Assembly (NCBI GenBank): GCA_043228905.1
Contig: JBHGNT010000010.1
Coordinates: 3,782,001 to 3,846,000, forward strand
Source of the DNA: Azolla caroliniana
Taxonomy: Eukaryota; Plantae; Polypodiophyta
DNA: 64,000 bases
Direction of reading: 5' to 3'
Shown here: piece after piece, positions 24,702 through 35,574 of the stretch
Layout: each line of letters opens with the position of its first letter
How positions within the stretch are numbered: position 1 is the stretch's first letter
The notes under the pieces: model-generated
Seen by the model: the letters and a program-made list of their open reading frames with translations, nothing else
Told to the model about the DNA's origin: nothing
Databases searched by the model: none
Made by a program: the position numbers and the translations under genes

Positions 24702-27700
24702 ATGGAAGGCGGCGGCAGCGGGCAGCCGGGGATGATGGTGCTGAATGCGCAGAACTACGCCGACTGGAAGATAAAGATGGAGGACCTGCTCATTGTTCGG
24801 GATCTGTATGAACCGATCGACAGGTCGGAAATACCCAAGGGGGTACTTGAGACGGAATGGAAGCTTCTGAACCGGAAAGCCGTTGCAACCATTCGGCAAT
24901 ACGTCGACGTGAGCGTTCTACAACATGTGGCGAACGACACCAACGCATATGAGATGTGGCGGAAGTTGTCGGGCCTCTACGAGAGGAAGAATGCGTTGAA
25001 CCGGACCTCCCTGATGAGGAAGATAGTGAACCTCAAGTACCGGGATGGCGAGAGTATGGTGGAACACGTAAGCACGTTCATGGGATTCGTGAATCAGCTT
25101 GCGGCGATCAAGTTCCCGTTGGAGGATGCAATGCAAGCCATCATCCTGATGTGTACATTGCCGGAAAGCTGGGAGAACTTGGTGGTGACCCTCAGCACCT
25201 CCTGCACCGAAGATAACTTGTCCCTACAAACGGTAAAGACAAGTATTTTGAACGAAGAAGCGCGTCGGAGAGATAAAGAACCGGCCTCCGACTCGAAGGC
25301 GCTGCTTACCGAATCGGAACGGGGAAGACAATGGAACCGGAGTCCGCAAAGACGGGAGAAGTCGGGGACCCGGTCGCAGTCAAGAGGAAGACCCACATGC
25401 TTCCACTGTGGGAAGCCGGGGCACTTCCGAAAGAATTGTCGGCATTACCGAAAAGACAACGGAGCCGTCGACACCGATTCGAAGAAGTCACCGGATAGAA
25501 ACGGTGCATACCGGGGAGCCACGGACCGGAGAGGTTCGGATCGGCGAGGGCAGGACCGGAAAGGAACAACGGCACTCGCGGCAAGTGAGGAAGAAATCAT
25601 GCTCATCACCGAAGAAGGTGAACTAAACGTTGCCGGCGATGAGACGACCTGGGTGGTCGATTCCGGAGCATCGTTCCACCTGACCCCGGAGAGAAGATAC
25701 TTCTCATCCTACACAGCCGGTGAGCATGGCTGTGTCCGGATGGGAAATGAAGGTACGTGCCGGATTGCCGGCATAGGAGACGTGTGGCTGATGACATCAA
25801 CCGGATGCAAATTGCTGCTGAAGGATGTCCGACACGTTCCGGAGGTTCGATTGAACCTGATTTCGGCCGGGAGGCTCGACGATGAAGGCTACACAGGTAG
25901 CATCCGGAACGGCGTAATGAAGTTCAGCAAGGGGAGCTTGATAGTGGCTCGGGCCCGGAAGGTCAACACACTGTACCTGATGAATTCCCGGCTATGTCCG
26001 GAGGAGCTCAACGTGGCAGCTGACACTGCCGGTGAGCTGTGGCACAAGAGACTGTGCCACATGAGTGAGAAGGGGATGAAGAGGCTTGCAGAAGACAACC
26101 TTATTCCAGTGAAGCATGTGCACCTGGAGAAGTGCACCGACTGCCTGGCCGGTAAACAAAACCGGACCTCCTTCCACTCAAGGCCACCGACGAGACGTAG
26201 TGCACCATTGGAGCTGGTGCACACTGACGTGTGTCAAGTAGAAACGAAGTCACATGGCGGAGCCCAGTACTTCGTGACATTCATTGATGACCACAGCCGG
26301 AAGCTGTGGACGGCACCGTTGAAGACAAAGGACCAAGTGTTGGGCGTCTTCAAAGAACTCCACGCGAGATTGGAAAGGGAATCCGGCAAGAAGCTGAAAG
26401 CGATACGAGCGGATAACGGAGGGGAATACCGGGGGCAGTTCCAGGAGTACTGTCGCTCGAAGGGAATCCGACTCGAGTTTACTGTGCCGAAGACGCCGGA
26501 ACTGAACGGGCTAGCCGAGAGGATGAACCGGACCATAATGGAGAGGGTCCGGAGTATGCTGGCGCATGCGAAATTACCCAAGGGGTTCTGGGCTGAGGCA
26601 ATGTCGACGGCGACATACGTGATAAACAGATCACCCTCAGTACCTTTGGACGGAGACACGCCGCAAAAAGTGTGGACCGGTAAGGAAGTGTCCTACCAGC
26701 ATCTGAAGGTGTTCGGGTGTCTCGCATATGTGCATGTGGCAAAGGACCGGAGAGGAAAGCTAGATCCAAAGACCCGGCCATGCATATTCCTCGGTTACGG
26801 CGACGACGAGTTCGGCTACCGAGTATGGGACCCGGTCGACAAGAAGATATTCAGGAGTCGTGATATCATCTTCATGGAAGACAAGACACTCGCCGACTGG
26901 GAGTCGGAGAAGAAGATGAAGAGCTCCAAGTCGACCGGTGAGAATCAACTCTACGAGGAGCAGTCCCGACCGGCAAGGGACCGGTTAGCACTCGAGGATC
27001 CGGCCGAAGACGGTGAAGAAACAGAACCGGCCGAAGAAGATGAAAATGATACCGGAACCGGCCCCGATCCCGAAATGGATTCGGATGAAGAAGAATCGGA
27101 AGAACCGGTTACCGAAGCTCCGGAACGGAGATATCCTCTAAGAGAGAGAAGGGCCCCCCGGAGATTTCCGGAACCAGAGCACGTGCTGCTAACCGACGAG
27201 GGGGAGCCGGAGAGCTTTGAAGAAGCAAAGCATGACACCCAGAGCCGCAGGTGGTTGAGTGCCATGCAGGACGAGATGGATTCCCTGCATGAGAACCACA
27301 CATATGAACTTGTGGTGTTGCCGAAAGGAAAGCGGGCACTACGAAACAAGTGGGTGTTCAAGCTGAAACCGGGAGATGCCGGAAACCCCCCGAGATACAA
27401 AGCCAGGATCGTGGTGAAGGGGTTTCAGCAGAAGAAGGGCGTCGACTTCGACGAGATATTTGCCCCGGTAGTGAAGATGACCTCCATCCGAACGGTGCTG
27501 AGCATAGCGGCAAGCATGGACCTCGAGGTAGAACAGATGGACGTGAAGACGGCATTCCTTCACGGTGACCTCGAAGAAGAGATCTACATGCAGCAACCGG
27601 AAGGATTCGAGAAGAAAGGGAAGGAGCACCTGGTATGCCGGTTGAAGAAGAGCCTTTACGGACTGAAGCAGGCTCCCCGGCAATGGTACCGGAAGTTCGA

Positions 27701-28776
27701 CTCTTTCATGACCGACGAAGGGTACCACAAAACGCAGTCCGATCACTGCGTGTTTGTGAAGAAGTTCGAAGGGGGAGACTCTCTAATACTCCTCCTGTAC
27801 GTGGACGACATGTTGATCGTCGGACGGGACCAGGGCAAGATACGGATGCTGAAGAAAGCACTTCACCGAACCTTCTCAATGAAGGACCTGGGTCCGGCGA
27901 GGCAAATACTAGGGATGCACATCATCCGAGACCGGAAGAAGAAGCAGTTGTGGCTGTCACAGGAGAAGTACGTGACAAAGGTGCTTCACCGGTTCAACAT
28001 GTCGGAAGCAAGACCAGTCGGGTCAACACTCCCGACAAACTGCAAGCTGTCCAGCAAGCAAAGCCCCCAAGACAAAGGCTGAGAAGGAGGACATGATGAA
28101 AGTACCATATGCCTCTGCCGTCGGGAGCTTGATGTACGCAATGGTGTGTACCCGACCGGACATAGGATATGCAGTCGGAGTGGTGAGCCGGTACATGAGC
28201 AATCTCGGCAAAGAGCATTGGAACGCGGCCAAGTGGATACTGCGATACCTGAAGGGCACGGCAAACGTGTGCCTCCGATTCGGATCCGGTAAGCCCGAAC
28301 TCGACGGCTTCACCGATTCGGATATGTCGGCTGATGCAGATACCAGTCGGTCCACATCAGGGTATGTGATGACGTATGCAGGGGGAGCTGTTTCCTGGCA
28401 GTCGAGGCTGCAGAAGACGGTTGCGTTGTCAACCACGGAGGCGGAGTACATGGCGGCTGTTGAAGCCGGCAAGGAAATAATATGGATGAAGGACTTCATT
28501 AGAGAGCTCGGTATCCGACAGGAGGAGTACCGACTCTACTGCGACAGTCAGAGTGCCATCCACCTTGCGAAGAACGCGGCCTATCACTCCCGGACGAAGC
28601 ACATCCAGCGAAGATATCACTGGATCCGGGAAAGGATAGAAGACCAGGAGTTCGTGCTGACGAAGATCCACACGGACGAAAACGGCTCAGATATGCTGAC
28701 CAAAGTGCTCACACCCGACAAGCTGGAAGCATGCCGGAAGAGGATCGGATTGGAGAGACATCCCATGCCGAAGTGA
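24702..28776 (+). pseudogene. gag-pol: Copia gag-pol polyprotein with a single frameshift in a C-run near 28064-28068
   Basis: Gag knuckle CFHCGKPGHFRKNC, protease WVVDSGASFH, GAG-pre-integrase WHKRLCH, integrase, RT (QMDVKTAFLHG, LLYVDDML) and RNase H (GFTDSD; ORF 28093-28776). Removing one C gives SPKTKAEKEDMMKVPY. Confidence 0.93.
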
Positions 28777-28818
28777 AGGGGGAGTTTGTTGGGATTTCGG
28801 TCCCTCCGGATGGGATGT

Positions 28819-29440
28819 CCGGATGATGAAGACCCCGGTTACGGAGCCGGATGACGAAGACCCGGCTACGGAGCCGGATGATGAAGACCCCGGTTACGGA
28901 GCCGGATGACGAAGACCCGGCTACGGAGCCGGATGACGAAGACCCGGTTACGGAGCCGGATGATGAAGACCCCGGCTACGGAGCCGGATGACGAAGACCC
29001 CGTTACGGAGCCGGATGACGAAGACCCGGCTACGGAGCCGGATGACGAAGACCCGGTTACGGAGCCGGATGAGGAAGACCCCGGTTACGGAGCCGGATGA
29101 CGAAGACCCGGCTACGGAGCCGGATGACGAAGACCCGGTTACGGAGCCGGATGACGAAGACCCGGCTACGGAGCCGGATGACGAAGACCCCGGTTACGGA
29201 GCCGGATGACGAAGACCCGGCTACGGAGCCGGATGACGAAGACCCGGTTACGGAGCCGGATGACGAAGACCCGGCTACGGAGCCCGATGAGGAAGACCCC
29301 GGCTACGGAGCCGGATGACGAAGACCCGGCTACGGAGCCGGATGACGAAGACCCGGTTACGGAGCCGGATGACGAAGACCCGGCTACGGAGCCGGATGAT
29401 GAAGACCCCGGTTACGGAGCCGGATGACGAAGCACCCGGA
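28819..29440. repeat. The same 27/28-bp tandem array in the copia 3' LTR, about two units longer
   Basis: The 3' LTR is 1082 bp and the 5' LTR is 1028 bp; the difference is 54 bp. Confidence 0.93.
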
Positions 29441-30241
29441 GAGAGATCCGGATGCGGAGACTATATTTGTAAATAGCCCGAAAGTCATATGTGTATAAAT
29501 ATGACTTAGGGCAAACAGTTTGATGTTGTTGTTGCTCATTTTTCTTTTTCCACTCAGAGGGAGCGAAGTGAGAGCAGCCGAGAGAGAGAGAGAGAGAGAG
29601 AAACGAGGAGGTCGTTGCCTCTGTGTATTACCGCCGCCTGTGGCGAAGACAGTGAGCTCAAGGTTGTTGCCTTGAAGCTTCACCATTGTACATCTCTGTT
29701 CATAGTGATAGTTGGAGAGTGAGGACTCCCGTGGTTTTTCCCATTTAGGGTTTTCCACGTAAAATATCCTGTGTACTCTTCTCTCTATTGTCTTCGTGTA
29801 CTTTGTCTTTCCTATTTTCTGTGAGTTGATCCTATTCCTAGGTTGTGGCCGAGCGCTGTTTTGCAACAAGAAAGAAGCACAGAAAGCAGACTGTATACAA
29901 GAAATTGATTCCAAACGAATTTATTGATCTGTTTTCGCGAAATACATGTTTGTTTTACAAGAGAACATGGTAAGTGCTACTTGTAGCTACAAATTCCATG
30001 GCATACTATTGTAAATACATTTGTACAGCTAATTAGCTGCATTTGTACAGCTAATTAGCTACTGATGACTATTTCGCTATAACTTATAACTTAAAACTTA
30101 ACAAAAAAGACATGATTTTATTGAGAAAGAAGCACAGAAAGCAGACTGTATACAAGAAATTGATTCCAAACGAATTTATTGATCTGTTTTCGCGAAATAC
30201 ATGTTTGTTTTACAAGAGAACATGGTAAGTGCTACTTGTAG

Positions 30242-33200
30242 CTACAAATTCCATGGCATACTATTGTAAATACATTCATACACATTAGCACCAACAGTGT
30301 ATAAACCGGAGCAGCTATTGTATTCTGACATTGGGACGTTGATGCATCTGACCAAATGAGAGTACATATACGCTGCTGGTTTGTCTTCTAACAGCCTGTA
30401 CACATATTCGTAGTCATCTAGTTTTGCATAAAAAATGCCTTCGATGTAGAATGTCCCGGCAGATACAAAATTTCCCCATGCATCTACAATATTCTGCCTT
30501 GCACACTGTTTACTAACCGTGCACTTTAATATATAGAAATCAGCACCCTCTGAATTGCCTTCTTCAGCATTTACAGCGAAGTTATCCCCAACGTTCAGGA
30601 CATCACTCAAAGTATCTCCAAGTCCCTCATATGTGAAGTCAGCATTCTGCCCTGTTTCTCCATCAACTGCTTCCTTATCATTCAGAGTGTGATACTCCCA
30701 ATTCTGAATGTATGCTTTGTTTAGACAATATCTCCAATTTCCCTGCACACAATGGAAGCAAAAACAAGTCAATTCTCTAACCGCAATACAATGACCATCC
30801 AACCTGGAATAACCGCGAACAGCATGCAGAGATCGCAATTCGGGAATTCCTTGGCACTCCCAGGTCTTCTCCCTATTTACTTCATCTATCTTCACTTCCC
30901 AAAATTCACGTTTGATATCTCGAACTTGCGAGGAATAAACACCTGTGGCACTCGTCGACATATTTGTTCTTAAAAATTCAACTACATGTGATGCACAATT
31001 CATGTGCACACCATCTGTCTTTAGTTGTTCATGGGTAAGTGCCCGCTTTATAACAGCCCCTGCACCATCATGTTCACCTTTACCATGGCCAGACCCAAAA
31101 AAATTCCATCTCATCTCCAAACCTGTTATAGCAGGATACCTCCCCACAAAATAAAATGGACGTCGAGCCTTGAATTGTGACGCAGCTCCGTCAGACCAGA
31201 CCCAATGTTGAGTAAGCTCCAAACGTTGAGCTAATAACCACTGCCAATGTAACTTAAAACAGTGTTGGACGAACAAGGTATCATGCTTCTTATCATCAGA
31301 AATAAAGAAATGAATTACTTTTTTAACATCACCTGAAACTCGAAAATATGTTATGTGCACAAAAATGGTTACCTGAACTGAACACCAATGCATAGATTGA
31401 ATTTCATTCTGCTGCTTGAAAGTATAATTCTCTGCGAAATCTACTACTGAGACTACTACATCATTTGGGAAATCAGATATGCAAGTCTTAAACTGATGGG
31501 CCTACCATGAATAAATGAAGTTGTGTTTAATGAACTTTCCTAGAGATACTACAAACAGAGACACCAAATCCCTTGGTTTAAGCATCTTCCGAACTAGATC
31601 CTTTCTTTTACACACCTTTCCTTCGAAATTGGTGTTCACTGACTCAAATAACTTCACAGAGATCAATATTTCACTACTCAATTCATTTGGACACCACCTA
31701 AATCTAGTAGGGCCACAATCTTGACATAAACCCATGACACATTTATGAATATGGAAGATAGCGTCAGATTCTCTCGGACACAATATTGAATCTAATAAAT
31801 AACTCATGGAAGAGATAACGTGCTCAGATGATTTACACTCCTCTTGCGGGCTTGATCGACAGATTTGGCACCCACATGTGCAAACTGTATTAGTTAGGGA
31901 TGCGCTATGGTGACGTAGTAGATTAACAGAGTCCTTCAGAAAACCCATCTGTACGTGGTAAATGCAACAACATGTGTATCGATCCTTTAAGCGTCTCACA
32001 AAGTGTGGCTTAAGAGACTCGAATGTTCGTAGTTGAACTTTGATAGTTGGATGCATTCGTTTGAACCTAATAAATAAATCGACCTGCGTAATAAAGGGGA
32101 ATTAGTTATTCTCGTAACTAGCTAACTATCCTAGTAGCTAATTAGCTATTCTAGTAGCTAGTTAGCTATTCTAGTAGCTAGTTAGCTATTCTAGTAGCTA
32201 ATTAGCTATCATGGTAGCTAATTAGTTGTCCTAGTAGCTAATTAGCTATCATGGTAGTTAATTAGCTGTGGTAGTAGCTAATTAGCTATCATGGTAGCTA
32301 ATTAGCTATTCTAGTAGCTAATTAGCTATCATGGTAGCTAATTAGCTGTCGTAGTAGCTAATTAGCTATCATGGTAGCTAATTAGCTGTCCTAGTAGCTA
32401 ATTGGTTGTCCTAGTAGCTAATTAGCTATCATGGTAGCTAATTAGCTGTCGTAGTAGCTAATTAGCTATCATGGTAGCTAATTAGCTATTCTAGTAGCTA
32501 ATTAGCTATCATGGTAGCTAATTAGCTGTCGTAGTAGCTAATTAGCTATCATGGTGGCTAATTAGCTTGTCTACTAGCTAATTAGCTATCATGGTGGCTA
32601 ATTAGCTTTCCTAGTAACTAATTAGCTATCATGGTAGCTAATTAGCTGGTCTAGTAGCTAATTAGCTATCGTGGTAGCTAATTAGCTGTCGTAGTAGCTA
32701 ATTAGCTATCCTGGTAGCTAATTAGCTGTCCTAGTAGCTAATTGGTTGTCCTAGTAGCTAATTAGCTATCATGGTAGCTAATTAGCTGTCGTAGTAGCTA
32801 ATTAGCTATCATGGTAGCTAATTAGCTATTCTAGTAGCTAATTAGCTATCATGGTAGCTAATTAGCTGTCGTAGTAGCTAATTAGCTATCATGGTGGCTA
32901 ATTAGCTTGTCTACTAGCTAATTAGCTATCATGGTGGCTAATTAGCTTTCCTAGTAACTAATTAGCTATCATGGTAGCTAATTAGCTGGTCTAGTAGCTA
33001 ATTAGCTATCGTGGTAGCTAATTAGCTAGTCTAGTAGCTAATTAGCTATAATGGTGGCTGATTAGCTTTCCTAGTAACTAATTAGCTATCATGGTAGCTA
33101 ATTAGCTGGTATAGTAGCTAATTAGCTATCATGGTAGCTAATTAGCTATCACGGTGGCTAATTAGCTGTCCTAGTAACTAATTAGCTATCATGGTAGCTA

Positions 33201-34167
33201 ATTAGCTGGTCTAGTAGCTAATTAGCTATAATGGTGGCTAATTAGCTATCCTAACTAATTAGCTATCATGGTAGTAGCTATTGAGAGTAGCCAGTTACCT
33301 ATGTAGTAGCTATCATAGTAGCTAATTAGCTATCATGGTAGCTAATTAGCTTTCCTAGTAGCTAATTAGCTGGTAATAACGAAATAGCTAACTAGCTACC
33401 ATGATAAATGTAAATACCTGAGGTACATCAAGAAGATGAATGGGATGCTCCTCGTATTGATTTCTTCCAACACGTTTCCTGCATAAATCCTTTTTATTGG
33501 GTGAAACCCTACTCTCATTAGTCCAAAACATTGTGATTACATCCTTGATTTCAAATGTTATGGGTGTCATTGGCTTACATCTTGTAGTTAGCTTTAGTAG
33601 ACTAGTTCCTTCACCCGAGGAAATTATACGGTTCATTGTATTGTACACTGTTTTTCTACTAACACCAATTACCTTAGATAGCTCACTGATGTTTATATCG
33701 TCAACATCACTATTAAGTAACATCATTAGACTAGACCTTTTTAAGACAAGATCATCTTCTGACCTGCTCATGGATACGAAACTATTACGAAGATTATTTA
33801 CTAAAATAGATGATATGTTTGCATTAAGACCATCACAATCAACTAAGTCCTTTATCGATGGATCATTACATATTCCATAAAGTACTACCTTCTTTTCTTC
33901 ATTGCTGATGTGCTTGGTTTGAACATTGAAATAGTCTACAACCTTTCTCTCTATGATGGTAGTCGCATTACTTACATTCTCATCTAAACTATCCTTACCT
34001 TTACTGAGTGTGGCTTTCGTATCCTTCAACAATTGACGATGTTTCCTTTTTTTTTCTGCCCAATAGTTTCGTATGGCTTGTTGTGTCCTGATAACATCAT
34101 CCCTATCCTTATGATCATTGAGGGGTAATTCTAAACACCCTTCTTCCCCTTCCATTTGGCTAGACAT
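30242..34167 (-). pseudogene. Sola2-like DDD transposase, two exons (34167-33418, 32083-30242), about 863 aa, one premature stop
   Basis: A phase-0 GT-AG intron 33417-32084 joins HLLDVPQ/VDLFIRFKRMHP. Motifs FESLKPHFV, CCCIYH, VVDFAENY, WVWSDGAASQFK, FFGSGHGKGEHDGAGAVIKR and C-terminal CFCFHC..C. TAG at 31502-31504 in W*AHQF (probably CAG originally). Confidence 0.85.
32115..33400. repeat. 20-bp-period TAGCTAATTAGCT array filling the transposase intron, with a 340-bp higher-order duplication
   Basis: Units such as ATTAGCTATCATGGTAGCTA in strict 20-bp register. Variant units recur at offset 340 (32401/32741, 32561/32901). Confidence 0.95.
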
Positions 34168-34499
34168 GTTAAAACCCTAAATTTCCAGAAAAAAAAACAA
34201 GTATTAAAGATGGCTATGGGCAACAACAATACACAAAAATATTCCACACAATACACAAGATTAGACACAACAATACACAAGATAATCAATAGACAGAAAA
34301 GTTATTGCAATCCAAGACCGAACAGTAGAGGATTTCACTCTGTTGGATCCAACAGTTGAGGAGGCGATCCAAGACCGACCAATGGCAACAACTGAGTGTA
34401 GAATGTTGCCGTTGGATGAGTGAACTCCGTCAAATCGAAATGTGGAAGCAATCCGGGACTGGACAGTAGTGGCAACTGAGTATAGAATGATGGCAATGG

Positions 34500-35240
34500 A
34501 GGAGAGAACCCCGTCAGATTGAACAGTTACCGATGATGCTTGAAACGCACATAGAAGGCACTTAAGAATAGGGTGGCATAGAGAAGAGAACCCCGTCAGA
34601 TTGAACAGTTACCAATGATGCTTGAAACGCACAGTAGCGGCCCCTGAGTGAGAGTGGAAAAGAGAAGAGAACCCCGTCAGATTGAACAGTTACCAATGAT
34701 GCTTGAAACGCACAGTAGCGGCCCCTGAGTGAGAGTGGAAAAGAGAAGAGAACCCCGTCAGATTGAATAGCTCTTCGATTATGCTTGGAACGCACAGTAG
34801 CAACCCCTGAGTGTAGAGTGGCAAAGAGAAGAGAACCCCGTCAGATTGAACAACTCTTTGATGATGCTTGGAACGCACAGCAGCGGCCCCTGAGTGTAGA
34901 GTGGCACAGAGAAGAGAACCCCCTCAGATTGAACAGCTCTTTGATGATGCTTGGAACGCACAGTAATGGCCCCTGAGTGTAGAGTGGCACAGAGAAGAGA
35001 ACCCCCTCAGATTGAACAGCTCTTTGATGATGCTTGGAACGCACAGTAATGGCCCCTGAGTGTAGAGTGGCACAGAGAAGAGAACCCCGTCAGATTGAAC
35101 AGCTCTTTGATGATGCTTGGAATGCACAATAGTGGCCCCTGAGTGTAGAGTGTCACAGAGAAGAGAACCCCGTCAGATTGAGCAGCTCTTTGATGATGCT
35201 TGGAACGCACAGTAGCAGCCCCTCAGTGTAGAGTGGCGGC
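34500..35240. repeat. 83-bp subterminal tandem repeat (8-9 copies) upstream of the transposase
   Basis: Unit GAGAAGAGAACCCCGTCAGATTGAACAG...GGAACGCACAGTA...TGAGTGTAGAGTGGC; repeat-derived ORF starts are spaced exactly 83 bp apart. Confidence 0.9.
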
Positions 35241-35549
35241 AGGTGGACTCGATAGGGTTTAGCAACAGGGGTAGCAACTAACCCACAGTACTCAACTAGA
35301 GATGGCCTACGTGATGTGGCAAAGGATCATGCATAATGGACCTAGGAATTCGATATATAATTTATGGTACACATTTATGGTGCACACATCAATTTATGTT
35401 GCACATTTATGGCACTCATTTACATATGTAATTAAAACACTCTAGTATTTTCAATGGTAGTTTTTTGCATACTTAATTTATTAATGCTTTTTACTAAAAT
35501 GACTATTTATCAATGGTAGCTTTTTGCATAGCTAATTAACATAGCTAAT

Positions 35550-35574
35550 TGTTTCCACTCGCATGCTTTCACCC
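35550..35574 (-). repeat. Right terminal inverted repeat
   Basis: Matches the left TIR and is followed by the TSD TTTG. Confidence 0.9.

Larger units (their letters stand above)
23643..29868 (+). mobile_element. Full-length Ty1/copia LTR retrotransposon (Tnt1/Tork-like), recent insertion
   Basis: LTRs 23643-24670 and 28787-29868 (TGTTGG...GCAACA). Perfect 5-bp TSD AGAAA. PBS TGGTATCAGAGC at 24674-24685; PPT GAAGGGGGAG at 28775-28784. Confidence 0.97.
17602..35574. mobile_element. Large Sola2-like DNA transposon (about 11.7 kb excluding the nested copia) with transposase and cargo gene
   Basis: TIRs GGGTAAAAGCATGCGAGTGGAAACA (17602-17626) and TGTTTCCACTCGCATGCTTTCACCC (35550-35574) match at 24/25. 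4-bp TSD TTTG (17598-17601, 35575-35578). GGG...CCC termini and a DDD transposase fit Sola2. Confidence 0.85.

Noticed and set aside
28060-28095. Programmed frameshift in copia RT/RNase H
   Set aside because: A single extra C in a homopolymer inside a normally continuous domain; more likely a mutation or sequencing error.
34500-35240. 83-bp repeats as a CRISPR array or repeat-protein genes
   Set aside because: The whole unit is repeated with no spacers; the short ORFs are by-products of the repeat.
17602-35574. CACTA, Mutator or Harbinger classification
   Set aside because: The ends are not CACTA, the TSD is 4 bp rather than 3 or 9, and the transposase motifs fit Sola2.
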